Source of the DNA: an uncultured cyanobacterium
Lineage (GTDB): Bacteria > Cyanobacteriota > Cyanobacteriia > CAKZMO01
NCBI GenBank assembly: GCA_963719515.1
Contig: CAVRCJ010000005.1
Coordinates: 64,001 to 128,000 of the forward strand
DNA length: 64,000 nucleotides
Direction: 5' to 3'
Shown: positions 1-11,082 of the stretch, piece after piece
How the letters are laid out: each line of letters starts with the position of its first letter
How positions within the stretch are numbered: the first letter of the stretch is position 1
Made by a program: the position numbers and the translations under genes
Notes under the pieces: model-generated
The model's input: the letters and a program-made list of their open reading frames with translations, nothing else
Databases searched by the model: none
Told to the model about the DNA's origin: nothing

Positions 1-340
1 GAGGCCGCTTCCAAACCGGTCTGCCGCAGTGGGCAACCCGTCGGCCCAGCGGGAATTTTCAGGCTTGTTGGTAGATTTATTACAGTTTTCCGTTAAGAAA
101 CCTCAAGCTTCCGGCCGGCGATCGCCTCAAAGCGCAGCCTGCAGGCCTGATTCGGCCTAATCTTTAGCTTTACTAAAGCCCCGTGAGCCCCCACTCAGAT
201 CAATTGCATAATAGATAACTGCTGGACAAGCTCCGTGGAGCTGCCGGACGCCGAGTCGTGGAGCGCAGCGGTGAGGTGGCAGCTTGCCAAACTTATTAGA
301 GATACAGCTTAGAGATATCGCGATACTTAAGGAGAGAGCA

Positions 341-1639
341 TTGGTTAGTACACCCATTAAAACCACCAAATCAGAAGAAATTTTTGCGGCAGCTCAAACC
401 CTAATGCCCGGCGGCGTCAACTCCCCCGTTCGCGCCTTTAAGTCCGTCGGCGGTCAGCCTATCGTCTTCGACCACGTCAAGGGGGCCCGCATTTGGGACG
501 TGGACGGCAATGAATATATCGACTACGTCGGCACTTGGGGACCGGCCATCTGCGGCCACGCCCACCCCGAGGTGCTCGGCGCGCTGCGGGACGCCCTAGA
601 AAAGGGCACCAGCTTCGGCGCGCCCTGCTACCTGGAAAACGTGCTGGCGGAAATGGTAATCGACGCCGTCCCCAGCGTTGAGATGGTGCGCTTCGTCAAC
701 TCGGGCACCGAGGCCTGCATGGCGGTGCTGCGGCTGATGCGGGCTTTCACGGGCCGCAACAAAATCATCAAGTTCGAGGGCTGCTACCACGGCCACGCGG
801 ATATGTTCTTGGTCAAGGCGGGCTCTGGCGTCGCCACCCTCGGGCTACCCGATTCTCCCGGCGTCCCCAAAAGCGTCACCAGCGACACCCTCACGGCCCC
901 TTACAACGACCTAGAGGCGGTGAAGCGGCTGTTTGAAGCGAACCCCGATGCGATCGCCGGCCTGATTTTAGAGCCGGTGGTGGGCAACTCCGGCTTCATT
1001 CCCCCCCAGCCCGGCTTCCTAGAAGGACTGCGGGAGCTCACCCAGCAGTACGGCGCACTGCTCGTGTTTGACGAGGTGATGACCGGTTTCCGCATCGCCT
1101 ACGGCGGCGCTCAGGCCAAGTTTGGCGTCACCCCTGACCTGACTACTCTAGGCAAAGTGATCGGCGGCGGCCTGCCCGTGGGAGCCTACGGCGGACGGCG
1201 GGACATTATGGAAATGGTGGCTCCAGCCGGCCCCATGTACCAGGCGGGCACCCTATCGGGCAATCCTCTGGCCATGACCGCTGGCATCAAGACGCTGGAG
1301 CTGCTGCAGCGCCCCGGAGTCTACGAGCAGCTAGACCAGGTGACGAAGCGCCTTGCCGTTGGCATGCTGAATGTGGCTGAGGAGACGGGGCATGAGGCCT
1401 ACGGCGGCTCCATCAGCGCCATGTTCGGTTTCTTCTTCAATCCTGGCCCGGTCCACAACTACGATGACGCCTCACAGTCGGATATGGCGAAGTTTGGCCG
1501 CTTCCATCGCGGTATGCTGGAGCACGGCATTTATCTCGCCCCCTCGCAGTATGAGGCGGGCTTCACGTCGCTAGCTCATACCGATGAGCTAGTAGACCAG
1601 ACGCTGGCGGCGGCGCGTGAGGTGATGTCGGGTCTATAG
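341..1639 (+). CDS. hemL: glutamate-1-semialdehyde 2,1-aminomutase
   Basis: Motifs [25 protein letters not shown] and [17 protein letters not shown]. Probable TTG start at 341 after an AGGAGA RBS. Confidence 0.97.
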   Translation: MVSTPIKTTKSEEIFAAAQTLMPGGVNSPVRAFKSVGGQPIVFDHVKGARIWDVDGNEYIDYVGTWGPAICGHAHPEVLGALRDALEKGTSFGAPCYLENVLAEMVIDAVPSVEMVRFVNSGTEACMAVLRLMRAFTGRNKIIKFEGCYHGHADMFLVKAGSGVATLGLPDSPGVPKSVTSDTLTAPYNDLEAVKRLFEANPDAIAGLILEPVVGNSGFIPPQPGFLEGLRELTQQYGALLVFDEVMTGFRIAYGGAQAKFGVTPDLTTLGKVIGGGLPVGAYGGRRDIMEMVAPAGPMYQAGTLSGNPLAMTAGIKTLELLQRPGVYEQLDQVTKRLAVGMLNVAEETGHEAYGGSISAMFGFFFNPGPVHNYDDASQSDMAKFGRFHRGMLEHGIYLAPSQYEAGFTSLAHTDELVDQTLAAAREVMSGL

Positions 1640-1662
1640 CTGCGGTAGCTGCGTATCTGGGC

Positions 1663-1690
1663 GCAAGGGCGTACGGCTGTACGCCCTTGC
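1663..1690. terminator. GC-rich hairpin after hemL (terminator or REP-like)
   Basis: GCAAGGGCGTAC-ggct-GTACGCCCTTGC, a perfect 12-bp stem. Confidence 0.55.
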
Positions 1691-1847
1691 AAAAGAGATC
1701 AGCGCGAATAGCGATCGCCTCTCGGACATGAGACGCCGCCACGGTTAGCGCGATCGTCTTTTATGGACTTTGCGTCAGCGTGGGCTGAGGTATAAAAGTA
1801 CTGGTATACTACCGGCTATAAGCTCAGTCATTTTGACCTATTCACCT

Positions 1848-2708
1848 GTGAACGTCGCCAAAGCCGTCTCTACCATGCCCCCCCGTCCCTTCATCAAGTG
1901 GGTGGGCGGCAAAACGCAGCTGCTTCCGGAGCTGGTCAAGCGAGTCCCCAAGACTATGGATCGCTACTACGAACCCTTTCTGGGCGGCGGGGCGCTGTTC
2001 TTTCGTCTCCAGCCTGAGCAAGCCATCCTGACGGACATCAATTCAGATCTCGTTTCGCTCTACCGGGTCATCCGCGACAGCGTAGAAGCGCTAATCGAGG
2101 ATATGGATCAGCATGTCTACGACAAAGACTACTTCTACAGGCTGCGCAGCGTCGATAGAACCTCCGCCTACAAAACCTGGACCGACGTGCAGCGGGCCAG
2201 CCGCCTAATTTACCTCAACAAAACCTGCTACAACGGGCTGTATCGCGTCAACTCAAAAGGGCAGTTCAACGTGCCGTTTGGCCGCTATACCAATCCCACA
2301 ATTCTCAACGCCGACAACCTGCGGGCCTGCAGCAGAGCGCTTCAGGGCACGGCGATCGCCCTCACCGACTTCCGCGCCGTTAGCGACGCGGCCCAACCCG
2401 GCGACTTTGTCTACTTCGACCCCCCCTACGCGCCGCTGAGCGCCACCGCAAACTTTACCGGCTACACCAAAGACGGCTTTGACCGCGACATGCAGTACGC
2501 CCTGCGGGACCTCTGCCGCGACTTGGACCGGGCGGGGGTACAATTTATGGTCTCTAACTCATCCGCGCCGCTGGTGCTCGACCTCTATGACGAGTTCACC
2601 GTTGATCTGGTCTACGCCACCCGGCTCATCAACAGCAAGGCGGGCGGGCGGGGGAAAATCCCAGAGGTGTTGGTCACCAATAGCGCCTCTGCTGCAGCGA
2701 ATCCATGA
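1848..2708 (+). CDS. dam: Dam-like (D12 class) DNA adenine methyltransferase, probably GATC
   Basis: Motifs KWVGGK, YEPFLGGG, LNKTCYNGLYRVN and DPPY. Start uncertain (GTG 1848 or ATG 1875). Confidence 0.9.
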   Translation: MNVAKAVSTMPPRPFIKWVGGKTQLLPELVKRVPKTMDRYYEPFLGGGALFFRLQPEQAILTDINSDLVSLYRVIRDSVEALIEDMDQHVYDKDYFYRLRSVDRTSAYKTWTDVQRASRLIYLNKTCYNGLYRVNSKGQFNVPFGRYTNPTILNADNLRACSRALQGTAIALTDFRAVSDAAQPGDFVYFDPPYAPLSATANFTGYTKDGFDRDMQYALRDLCRDLDRAGVQFMVSNSSAPLVLDLYDEFTVDLVYATRLINSKAGGRGKIPEVLVTNSASAAANP

Positions 2709-3233
2709 ATGGAAGCCGCAGGTAGCGGTAAAGGCATGATGGCATCAACTCAAGGCGGCGCGGCAAATCGGCAGGGGAAAATCCTTGAAAGCACGGTGAT
2801 CCCCACCTTTGCAGGTCGAGGCTTTGAGGTGGTGCGCTACAGCGCTTGGAGCAAAAAGCCGCGCAGCTACGGAACCGAGCTGCTGCTAAAAAACGTGCCC
2901 TACACCACCATCTATGGCCAAAAGGGATACACCGAGTTTCTCGTCAAATCTGAGCGGTTTGGCCTCAATACGCGCATTGAGTGCAAGTGGCAGCAGTCTA
3001 GCGGGTCCGTGGACGAAAAGCTGCCCTACCTCTACCTCAACTGCATTGAAGCCATGCCAGAGCGAGACATCATTGTCATCGCCGGCGGGGGCGGCATGAA
3101 GCCGGGGGCGATTCCCTGGCTGAGGACAGCCGTTGCACAGGAAAAATATTTGGCGATTGGGGCCCCCAAAAAGCGAATTCAGATCTTTTCACTAGAAGAA
3201 TTCCTGGCGTGGGCCAATAGAACTCTGCGGTGA
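2709..3233 (+). CDS. PD-(D/E)XK nuclease superfamily protein coupled to the methylase
   Basis: IECKWQQSSGSVDEKL ExK motif. Starts directly after the dam stop codon. Confidence 0.75.
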   Translation: MEAAGSGKGMMASTQGGAANRQGKILESTVIPTFAGRGFEVVRYSAWSKKPRSYGTELLLKNVPYTTIYGQKGYTEFLVKSERFGLNTRIECKWQQSSGSVDEKLPYLYLNCIEAMPERDIIVIAGGGGMKPGAIPWLRTAVAQEKYLAIGAPKKRIQIFSLEEFLAWANRTLR

Positions 3234-3237
3234 GGGT

Positions 3238-4653
3238 TCAGGAAAGCCCAATCGCCTTTTTAAGAAAGCCCAGCTTACTCACCGGAAAGGGCAGCTTGAA
3301 CTTATTGGCATAGGGGGCGTATCGCCAACCCAAGTCTAACCATAGAGGCTTTTTGAGCACGCTCTTCCGGTGGGAGAACGTCTCGAAGCTGGCTTTACCG
3401 TGATACGCCCCGATGCCGCTGCGGCCTACCCCACCAAAGGGCAGTCCCCAAATTGCCACCTGCAAAAAGACGTCGTTGAGGCAGACGCTGCCGGACGACG
3501 TTGAGGAGAGGACGGTGTTTTGAAGCGCCTCATCGGTTGTAAACAAATAGAGCGCCAGGGGCTTAGAGCGAGCATTGATTTGGGCGATCGCCTCCTCAAT
3601 CTTTTCGTAGGTGAGCACCGGCAGCAGAGGGCCAAAGATCTCTTCCTGCATCACCGGGGCATCCCAGCCGACGTTGTCTAGAATCGTCGGGGCAATGTAG
3701 CGATCGCCGCTGTCGGTCTGTCCGCCAACAGCGACCTCCTCCCCCTCCAAAAGCTGCACCAGTCGGTCAAACTGCCGCTGGTTGACGATGCGGCCCAGGT
3801 CGGGGCTTTGAGCCGGGTCGCTGCCAAAAAATTCCTCCATTGCCTGTCGCATCTCCTTCAGCAGCGCAGGCTTCACCGCCGCCTGCACCAGCACATAGTC
3901 TGGGGCAACGCAGGTTTGCCCCATATTGACGAATTTTCCCCAAATAATGCGCCGCGCCGCCACCCTCAGATCGGCGTCCCCGTGAACGAGGCAGGGACTC
4001 TTGCCGCCCAGCTCCAGGGTGACCGGCGTCAGGTGCTGGGCGGCAGCCGCCATGACAATTTGGCCGACGCGATCGCCGCCGGTAAAAAAGATGTGGTCAA
4101 ACTTCTGCGCGAGGAGTGCCTGCGAGGTCTCGACACCCCCCTCGATGACGGCTACGTAGCGAGGATCGAAGGTGGCCTTGACGAGATCGGCCACCACCCG
4201 AGAGGTCGCCGGGGCGTGCTCCGACGGCTTGAGAATAGCGCAGTTGCCCGCCGCGATCGCCCCCATCAGCGGCGACAGCAGCAGCTGAAACGGGTAGTTC
4301 CACGGTCCGATAATCAGCACCACGCCCAGCGGTTCGGGCTGCACCCAAGCGCTCCCCGGCAGCTGGGTGAGCGGCAGCGCCATCCGCCGGGGTTTGCCCC
4401 AAGACCGCAGGCGCTTGAGGATGTAGTCTAGCTCCCCCATCACCCCCAGCTCAAAGTAGCCCTCGTAGTCGGATCGCCCTAAATCAGCCTTGACCGCCGC
4501 TACGATGTCGGCCTGACGGCCAAGAACGGCGGCTTTGAGGCGGTTCAGCTGCTGCACACGAAACTCGATAGGCTTGGTCGATCCCGTGGCGAAGAAGTCG
4601 CGTTGGGCCTTGAGAACTTCAGCGGGAGCTTGAACTGTGGAGAGTGCTGTCAT
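3238..4653 (-). CDS. aldehyde dehydrogenase (ALDH3/fatty aldehyde type)
   Basis: Motifs IGPWNYP, LELGGKSP, GQTCVAPDY and EEIFGP. Likely start MTALSTV. Confidence 0.93.
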   Translation of the reverse strand: MTALSTVQAPAEVLKAQRDFFATGSTKPIEFRVQQLNRLKAAVLGRQADIVAAVKADLGRSDYEGYFELGVMGELDYILKRLRSWGKPRRMALPLTQLPGSAWVQPEPLGVVLIIGPWNYPFQLLLSPLMGAIAAGNCAILKPSEHAPATSRVVADLVKATFDPRYVAVIEGGVETSQALLAQKFDHIFFTGGDRVGQIVMAAAAQHLTPVTLELGGKSPCLVHGDADLRVAARRIIWGKFVNMGQTCVAPDYVLVQAAVKPALLKEMRQAMEEFFGSDPAQSPDLGRIVNQRQFDRLVQLLEGEEVAVGGQTDSGDRYIAPTILDNVGWDAPVMQEEIFGPLLPVLTYEKIEEAIAQINARSKPLALYLFTTDEALQNTVLSSTSSGSVCLNDVFLQVAIWGLPFGGVGRSGIGAYHGKASFETFSHRKSVLKKPLWLDLGWRYAPYANKFKLPFPVSKLGFLKKAIGLS

Positions 4654-4774
4654 AAACCGGTGGCGTAGAGGCTCTCCTGATTCTATCGAAGGTTTAAATA
4701 GACTGAGGCTCAATGAGAAAGCTGAGAGGCCTGCGGGAGCTACACCGGCAGAGCATAGTGATAGAATTCCTCGT

Positions 4775-4897
4775 CTTTGCACTCAAAAAACTTCGAGCGC
4801 CGATGGGGTCTGAAGGCTGCTGGTAGAACACCCGATAGCGATCGAACAGCGGGGTGAGGGCGCTGAGGTGGGAGAGAGTGGCTCGGATGACGTTCAT
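4775..4897 (-). pseudogene. truncated N-terminus of a GNAT acetyltransferase
   Basis: MNVIRATLSHLSALTPLFDRYRVFYQQPSDPIGARSFL resembles a GNAT N-terminus, then the similarity is lost. Confidence 0.6.
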
Positions 4898-4922
4898 TGA
4901 TATAGGGTAGGTCGGTTGAAAG

Positions 4923-5798
4923 TCAGGCGACTTCCAGGAACTGGAGCACGGCGATCGCAAACTCCTCAGGCGCATCCTGCTGCACCCAGTGAGAGGCGTT
5001 GGGAATAGGCTGAAATACTGCACCCGGAATCTCGCTGGCGAGCTGCTGGCCGTCTTCTGATTTTTGCCAAGGGTCGTCCATGCCCCACAGCACCAGCGTG
5101 GGGGCCAATATCGTTTCGTGGCGATCGACTAAGGCCATAGTCTGGTTCGCGTTGAGGGCGGAAGCGTTGCGCAGCAGGCTGAGCTTGCCTTCTTCGCTGG
5201 CCCAGGGGGCAATGATGCCCGCTCGAAATTCGGGGGTGAGGCGCTCGGGGCGGGAAAGTCCGGCGGCGAGGCTCTCTTCTAGGGCCTGGACAAGGTCGGA
5301 GACGGGGCGCGGCTGCCAGCGTAGGGGATGGCCGAAGTCGAGCATGTCGTCGTCGAAGCGATCGTAGCAGACGGCATTAGTGATGATTAGGCGGCGCAGA
5401 AGGTAGGGATGCTCAATGGCGAGGATGAGGGCGACGGCTCCGCCCGTGTCGTGGCCGACCAGGTCGACCTGGTCAATTTTGAGGGCTGCGAGCAGGGCCA
5501 CAATCATCCGGGCCTGGACCTGAAAGGAGCGGTCGAAGCGATCGCGGCGATCGGACCAGCCGTGGCCCAGGAAGTCGGGGGCAATAACGCGGTACCCGGC
5601 AGCGGTGAGCCGGGGAATGACGGCATGATACAGGTATCCCCAGGTGGGAATGCCGTGCATAAGGAGAAGGGTGCCCTTTTGGGGCGTGCCGGCGTCGATG
5701 TAGCGGATGGTGACGGGGATGTGAGCGGCGGTGTGGGGCCGCAGGGTGATTTGCTGCTGGGCGGCTTTGAAGGCGTCGCCGGTTTTCCACTGGGCCAT
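4923..5798 (-). CDS. alpha/beta fold hydrolase
   Basis: LLMHGIPTW, GHDTGG nucleophile elbow (Asp) and C-terminal HWVQQD. Confidence 0.9.
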   Translation of the reverse strand: MAQWKTGDAFKAAQQQITLRPHTAAHIPVTIRYIDAGTPQKGTLLLMHGIPTWGYLYHAVIPRLTAAGYRVIAPDFLGHGWSDRRDRFDRSFQVQARMIVALLAALKIDQVDLVGHDTGGAVALILAIEHPYLLRRLIITNAVCYDRFDDDMLDFGHPLRWQPRPVSDLVQALEESLAAGLSRPERLTPEFRAGIIAPWASEEGKLSLLRNASALNANQTMALVDRHETILAPTLVLWGMDDPWQKSEDGQQLASEIPGAVFQPIPNASHWVQQDAPEEFAIAVLQFLEVA

Positions 5799-5802
5799 GG
5801 TT

Positions 5803-6930
5803 TTATCGTTCTGTTTGCGGTCCATTCTCAACGGCTTTAATCCGCCGCATCAGCGCCGGTCGGCTGCTGTAGTCAGCCTTAAGGCGCTCTAGCCGGCGCA
5901 CGAACTCGGGCAACCTTTCCTGGTGCTTAGCCAGATCGCGCAAATCCTTCAGCAGGTCTGCCGCCTCGTCGTAATAGCGGCTCTGCTTATAGCCGATCAG
6001 CTGGACTACCCGCTCCCAGGTCTGAGACGCTTTGGGTGCCAAAGCGTCCAACTCGTTAATTCGCTGCACTTTGGCGGCCTCCTGTTCCCGCTTCTCCCGC
6101 AACGCTGCCGCGTCATTCGTGACGGCGGCCAGCTCGTTCAGCCTGCGCTGCCCTGGAGTCTGTGGTGTTGACTCGCTGACGCCAGCCAGCTCCTTCAGGC
6201 GATTGATCAGCTGCAGGTCAACATGGGGCTCTCGTCGCACCAGTTTGAGCAAGAATTCCTGCTGTTCGGCTTTGGAGAGCTTAGACAGCAGCTTTTCGAG
6301 CGGCGGCTCTGGGGCAGCTTTTTGAGACGGGCTGGCCTGGGCGGCAGCGGTGACTAAATCTGTATCTAGCTCCACCAGTTCAACAAAGGCTTGCTGAGCG
6401 TCCGAAAGCTGGCCTAAATTGGGCGGCACCGGGGGCTCAAGCGGATTCTCCTCCAAACCGTATTCAACGTGGTTGGGCGCTGCCCGCAGCCAAGCCAGGT
6501 ATAGCAGCCGCAGATCCCCGCTCAGCAGCTCGTCGCGCAGGGGCAACAGGCGGGACAGCCAGCCTTCGCCATCGGCCCAACCGCCACCTTCGTCAGAGAT
6601 GGTGATGTCTAGAACAAGATACTCAGGCGTCTTGGTGACGTCGATCGCACTGTCAATCTCATAGGGCCGGAACCCATCGACGTTAGCGATCGCCTTGGGG
6701 AAGCGAAACATGACCCGCCAGGTCCCCCAGTTGGCGATGTAGAACATCATGTCGAAGTACTGAGTCAATACCGCTTCGGGATCGCCCCGAAAGTCGCCAT
6801 AGTTGTAGAGGAAGATGGCCTGGGTCGGTGAGACCTGCCCCCGGCTTGACAGTTTCGAGATCTCGGCCTGCTCCTGAGTCGTGAGCGGGCGGTCAATGGC
6901 CTGAAACTCATAGTATTGATACTCGCTCAT
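5803..6930 (-). CDS. conserved hypothetical protein (MSEYQYYEFQAIDRPL family)
   Basis: Long ORF with a recognisable conserved N-terminus. Confidence 0.75.
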   Translation of the reverse strand: MSEYQYYEFQAIDRPLTTQEQAEISKLSSRGQVSPTQAIFLYNYGDFRGDPEAVLTQYFDMMFYIANWGTWRVMFRFPKAIANVDGFRPYEIDSAIDVTKTPEYLVLDITISDEGGGWADGEGWLSRLLPLRDELLSGDLRLLYLAWLRAAPNHVEYGLEENPLEPPVPPNLGQLSDAQQAFVELVELDTDLVTAAAQASPSQKAAPEPPLEKLLSKLSKAEQQEFLLKLVRREPHVDLQLINRLKELAGVSESTPQTPGQRRLNELAAVTNDAAALREKREQEAAKVQRINELDALAPKASQTWERVVQLIGYKQSRYYDEAADLLKDLRDLAKHQERLPEFVRRLERLKADYSSRPALMRRIKAVENGPQTER

Positions 6931-7312
6931 AACGACTTCCCTGCTCATCGAGCTAAGCGACAGCGATCTCTTCTAATGCAGCTTGCTTACAGTGATGGTA
7001 GCTTCCTTGTACCGCTGCATCACCGCCACTGCATTAGCTGAAACTTAAGAAGAGAGAACCAGTTTATCCCATTCACGCCTGTGGCGCTAGCGCTTACAAT
7101 GTGGTGACAGACTGAGCTACAGTCTTCTCTCTCGCTCTGTTATGGGTGAGTACCAGGAGGCAGTGCGGAGGATACAGAAATACTGCTTGTGATAGACCTA
7201 TATCAGGGCTAGCCCTTAGCGTCTAGCGCTTTTGGCTGCCAACCCAGAGATACCCCGAAGCTTTCGCCTTCGCGTGATCTCGCCACTCTAAAGATAAACC
7301 CAACGTCGCGCT

Positions 7313-8431
7313 ATGAGAAACATATTGACCCTGCTTCAGTATGCTGACGCGCAGTGGACTGTACAGCTCAATCTGGCAACTGTTGCCACCGTTTTCGGGG
7401 GCCTGCTGGCGGCGATCGCCCTATACTGGTTTCCCAGGATAATTGGTACCCTCACGTCAAAGCTCTCGCCTCTCAAGTCCAGTCCACTCTACGACAAAGT
7501 TTTTCTCCCTTTCAACAACTGGATTGGGCTGACTCTGCTCATCACCGCTGCAGACGTTGTTCTTCTGTTTTTTCAATCGCGATCGCTGCAGCTTGACGTG
7601 GCTGAGTTCACAGTTGGGCTGGCGCTGGCCGTCAATGTGGTTTTGCTAGGCTTCAAGATTTCTACTCAGTTTTTCGACGGCTACCTCCTGGAGAAAACCA
7701 TTCAGGGCAGCGGTAAAGCCAATAGTGAACTGCTGCTGCTCTATAAATACTTATCGAATGCGGCCCTGCTGCTGGTCATTGTCTTCATTTTTGCCCAAGC
7801 GCATCGGGTCAACGTCGTGGGTCTGTTGGCTAGCCTAGGCGTAGGCGGAATTGCTATTGCCCTCGCCGCGCAAAAGATTCTGGAGCAGGTGCTGTGGAGC
7901 ACGATGATTTTCCTCGATCGCCCCTTCGTGATTGACGACTATATCCACCTCGCCGACGGAACCTTTGGCCGGGTCGAGTCGATTGGCTGGCGCTCCACCC
8001 GAATCCGGCTGTCGGGAAAAGGGACGCTGGTGGTCATTCCCAACAGCATGCTGACCCAAATGGCGATTGAAAACCTGACGGGGGCGCAGAAAATTATTTC
8101 TTTGATCAACGTCACCTTCTATCGGTTTATCCCCGACGAGGAGCGGGCGCTGGTGCGGCAGCTGATTCTCTCTAGCACTAGCGATATCTACGGCATTGAC
8201 CATCGTTTAACGGAGGTTACCTTTCAGGACATTGCCAACGGCAAGAAGCCGAGTACGGTTCAGGCGCAAATCCGCTTCTTTATCTTGGGAACGGGTGAGA
8301 ACTCAATGGAAATCAGAGGACAGTTTCTGGAGGCGGCCCGCAAGATTGTTATGAAGCAGCTGAGAGACTATGGCATCGAGTTCAAAATTGAGGAAGGAAC
8401 CGTTAACATTACCTCGCCGATGAATATTTAG
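7313..8431 (+). CDS. mechanosensitive ion channel, MscS family (copy 1)
   Basis: TM helices, LGVGGIAIALAAQ, DRPF, GRVESIGWRST, IPNS. Confidence 0.9.
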   Translation: MRNILTLLQYADAQWTVQLNLATVATVFGGLLAAIALYWFPRIIGTLTSKLSPLKSSPLYDKVFLPFNNWIGLTLLITAADVVLLFFQSRSLQLDVAEFTVGLALAVNVVLLGFKISTQFFDGYLLEKTIQGSGKANSELLLLYKYLSNAALLLVIVFIFAQAHRVNVVGLLASLGVGGIAIALAAQKILEQVLWSTMIFLDRPFVIDDYIHLADGTFGRVESIGWRSTRIRLSGKGTLVVIPNSMLTQMAIENLTGAQKIISLINVTFYRFIPDEERALVRQLILSSTSDIYGIDHRLTEVTFQDIANGKKPSTVQAQIRFFILGTGENSMEIRGQFLEAARKIVMKQLRDYGIEFKIEEGTVNITSPMNI

Positions 8432-8468
8432 TCAGAGCTTCGGTTTAAGTTTGCGCGATAGGTCCTGA

Positions 8469-9632
8469 TTGAGTAGAAAGCTTTTAATGAACATGAGGCC
8501 GGACTTTTTAACCCGTTTCAGCTTTCAGATAGACGAGACCATGAAGCGATCGCTGACCTTCTTTGCGATTCGCCTGGGAATAGTTGTTGCTTGCGTTTTC
8601 GTTGCGATCGCGGTGGGACGATGTGTTCCCTGGCTGATTCGAACGATTCTCGGCAAAATGTCGGGCTCTCAAAAGCGGTCTCAAGAGTACGCTGCGATTG
8701 TCGATGCGGTAGAAAGGCCGCTTTCAATTGCCGTTACGCTGATCTTGATTTCGGTCAGCCTCAACATCATCAGAACCTACAGCGGTCTTCATTCGGTGAC
8801 CTCGTTTATTGTCGATGCAGCCATGACCCTGAGTGTAGCCTGGACCGCCTCGCGCGCCGTCAAAATGCTGATTCGGCTCTATGGCGTGAGCATGCTGGGC
8901 CGCATCAGCGATGAGGTCAACGACATTGTCTTGGTTATTGAGAACATCGCCAATTTTCTGATTGGGTTCTTTGCCATCACCATCTTTGCGCAAACGCGAA
9001 ACTTCAATTTCTTGGCGCTGCTGACGGGGCTAGGGATTGGCGCGGCAGGGATTGCGTTTGCGGCGCAAGAGGCCTTGGGGCAGCTGATCGGCACCATCGT
9101 CATCTACCTCGACCGGCCCTACATCGTCGGGGAATATATTCGGGCAAACTTCAATATCCACGCCGAAGACGTTTACGGGCGGATTGAGTCCATCGGCATT
9201 CGCTCCACCAAGATACGCATCGCCGTGAGCAACACGCTTTTAATCGTGCCGAACTCGGTGATGTCCAGCATGGATATTGAGAATATCTCCCGAGGGACGA
9301 AGGTAATGGTGTTGCTTTACATCGACTTCTCAAAACGGCTGGAAAATACGGCAGAAGCGCTAGTGTCTCAGACCATCGGAAGGAGTTTTGACGGCATCTT
9401 CGGCATTGACCCGGGCAGCACGAGGATTCACCTTTTTAACCCGGAGGATAAGGCGGGAACGCGGGCGAGGGTGAGCTTTTTTGTGATGGGGACAAACGAA
9501 TCATCCATCAGCCTGCGTAAGCGGATGCTGGAGATAGCCAGTCAGTCTTTAAAAAAGGAGCTGACCGGCTATCAGTTTGATTTTTCTATGCAAGAGCCCA
9601 CGGTTTACGTCGATTCCCCGGTGACGCTGTAA
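8469..9632 (+). CDS. mechanosensitive ion channel, MscS family (copy 2)
   Basis: GLGIGAAGIAFAAQE, DRPY, GRIESIGIRSTK. Start uncertain. Confidence 0.9.
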   Translation: MSRKLLMNMRPDFLTRFSFQIDETMKRSLTFFAIRLGIVVACVFVAIAVGRCVPWLIRTILGKMSGSQKRSQEYAAIVDAVERPLSIAVTLILISVSLNIIRTYSGLHSVTSFIVDAAMTLSVAWTASRAVKMLIRLYGVSMLGRISDEVNDIVLVIENIANFLIGFFAITIFAQTRNFNFLALLTGLGIGAAGIAFAAQEALGQLIGTIVIYLDRPYIVGEYIRANFNIHAEDVYGRIESIGIRSTKIRIAVSNTLLIVPNSVMSSMDIENISRGTKVMVLLYIDFSKRLENTAEALVSQTIGRSFDGIFGIDPGSTRIHLFNPEDKAGTRARVSFFVMGTNESSISLRKRMLEIASQSLKKELTGYQFDFSMQEPTVYVDSPVTL

Positions 9633-9717
9633 CCCACAACCGACCCCGCGATAGGCGAGGCGATCGCGCTAACCCGCCCCTAATGCTTCAAATTCACTCT
9701 ACTTAACTAAAGCGGTG

Positions 9718-10854
9718 ATGGACGTCCAGGACATTATTGAAGAGCTGATTCCAATCGACGCTGAGTTTCAACAACAGCTGATTGCGTTTGGAATACAGGC
9801 AGGAATTTTCATCGCTGTGCTTGCTGCAGCCTGGATTTTAGTCCGCTTTATCCCCAACATTCTTAGCTTCATTGTCAGGCGGTTTACGCCGAAGGCCTTT
9901 TCTAGGGGATACGAGAAGGTTATCAGCCCGATTCGGCAAGCACTAGTAAGGGTGGGGTTCTTTGGCTCTGCCGCCCTGGCCTTAGCCCTGCTGCAGGACT
10001 ACGCGGGGCTGTACGGTGTGCTCAATTTCTTTGTCTACCTAGCATTTTCAGCCTCTTTGGGCTGGTTTGCCTCCCGGTTAATCCGGCAGGCTCTTCGCGC
10101 CTACGGTACAGTTCTCGTTCGGCGACTGAGCCAAGACGTAGACGATCTGGTGATGGTGGTCGAAAATTTAGCTAACGCCGTCATCGTGTTCTTTACGGTG
10201 GTCTATTTTGCCCAGACCCAAAACCTCAACTTGATCAGCATCCTTGCGGGCCTTGGCATTGTGGGGCTGGCCCTCTCCTTCGCCGCTAAGGAGACGTTCG
10301 CCCAAATTATCGGCTCCATCGTTCTCTATCTCGATCGCCCCTACGTGCCTGGAGAATACGTCCGCGTCAGCTTCAACCCTAAAGATGAGGACGTCTACGG
10401 TCGCATTGAGGCTATTGGGCTACGCTCTACAAAAATTCGGGTGGCGGCAAAAAATACGCTGGTAATTGCGCCCAACTCGGTGATGGTCAAGAAGGATATC
10501 GAGAATATTTCTCGAGGGACGAAGGTTATGTCCCTGCTCTATCTCGACTTTCCTAAGCCCCTCCCCGACGGCGATCGCGCCCTGGTCAAAGACATCGTGG
10601 GCAACGCCATTGGGGAGCTGCTGGGGGTCGAGCCGCTAAGCGTCAGAATTTTCTTGTTCGAGCCCGACGATAGGCCTGGCACTCGCGCTCGGGTGAGCTT
10701 CTTCCTGCTGAGCTCTGGCCAAGGGTCTCTTGGGATTCGCAAGCGCCTCGTTGAGGTCGCAAATGAGAAGATTACGGCCTCTTTTGCTGCGCACAATTTG
10801 GAGTTTACGATGCAGGAGCCGATGCTCTACGTTGACTCTCCTATCACCCGATAA
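9718..10854 (+). CDS. mechanosensitive ion channel, MscS family (copy 3)
   Basis: GLGIVGLALSFAAKE, DRPY, GRIEAIGLRSTK. Confidence 0.9.
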   Translation: MDVQDIIEELIPIDAEFQQQLIAFGIQAGIFIAVLAAAWILVRFIPNILSFIVRRFTPKAFSRGYEKVISPIRQALVRVGFFGSAALALALLQDYAGLYGVLNFFVYLAFSASLGWFASRLIRQALRAYGTVLVRRLSQDVDDLVMVVENLANAVIVFFTVVYFAQTQNLNLISILAGLGIVGLALSFAAKETFAQIIGSIVLYLDRPYVPGEYVRVSFNPKDEDVYGRIEAIGLRSTKIRVAAKNTLVIAPNSVMVKKDIENISRGTKVMSLLYLDFPKPLPDGDRALVKDIVGNAIGELLGVEPLSVRIFLFEPDDRPGTRARVSFFLLSSGQGSLGIRKRLVEVANEKITASFAAHNLEFTMQEPMLYVDSPITR

Positions 10855-10860
10855 TTACTT

Positions 10861-11082
10861 CTATACAGCTTCGTGGGTCAGAGAAAGCTCGTCTTCCTCT
10901 CGCACAAGCCGTCGCTCAATACTTTTCCGAAACCGGAACACTCCTGCGATGGGCCATATCGCTGCTGCCGTGACTAGGACAAACCAGCTATCGATGTCGG
11001 TCATGGGGGTCGAAGAGTCCTGACAAAAATCTCGCAAGAGGAGAACAAACATCAGGGCAGAAGGCAGGCCGTAAAAAAACAT
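10861..11082 (-). CDS. small hypothetical membrane protein
   Basis: Hydrophobic ORF with a F..DSSTP...SW.VL....WP pattern. Confidence 0.5.
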   Translation of the reverse strand: MFFYGLPSALMFVLLLRDFCQDSSTPMTDIDSWFVLVTAAAIWPIAGVFRFRKSIERRLVREEDELSLTHEAV

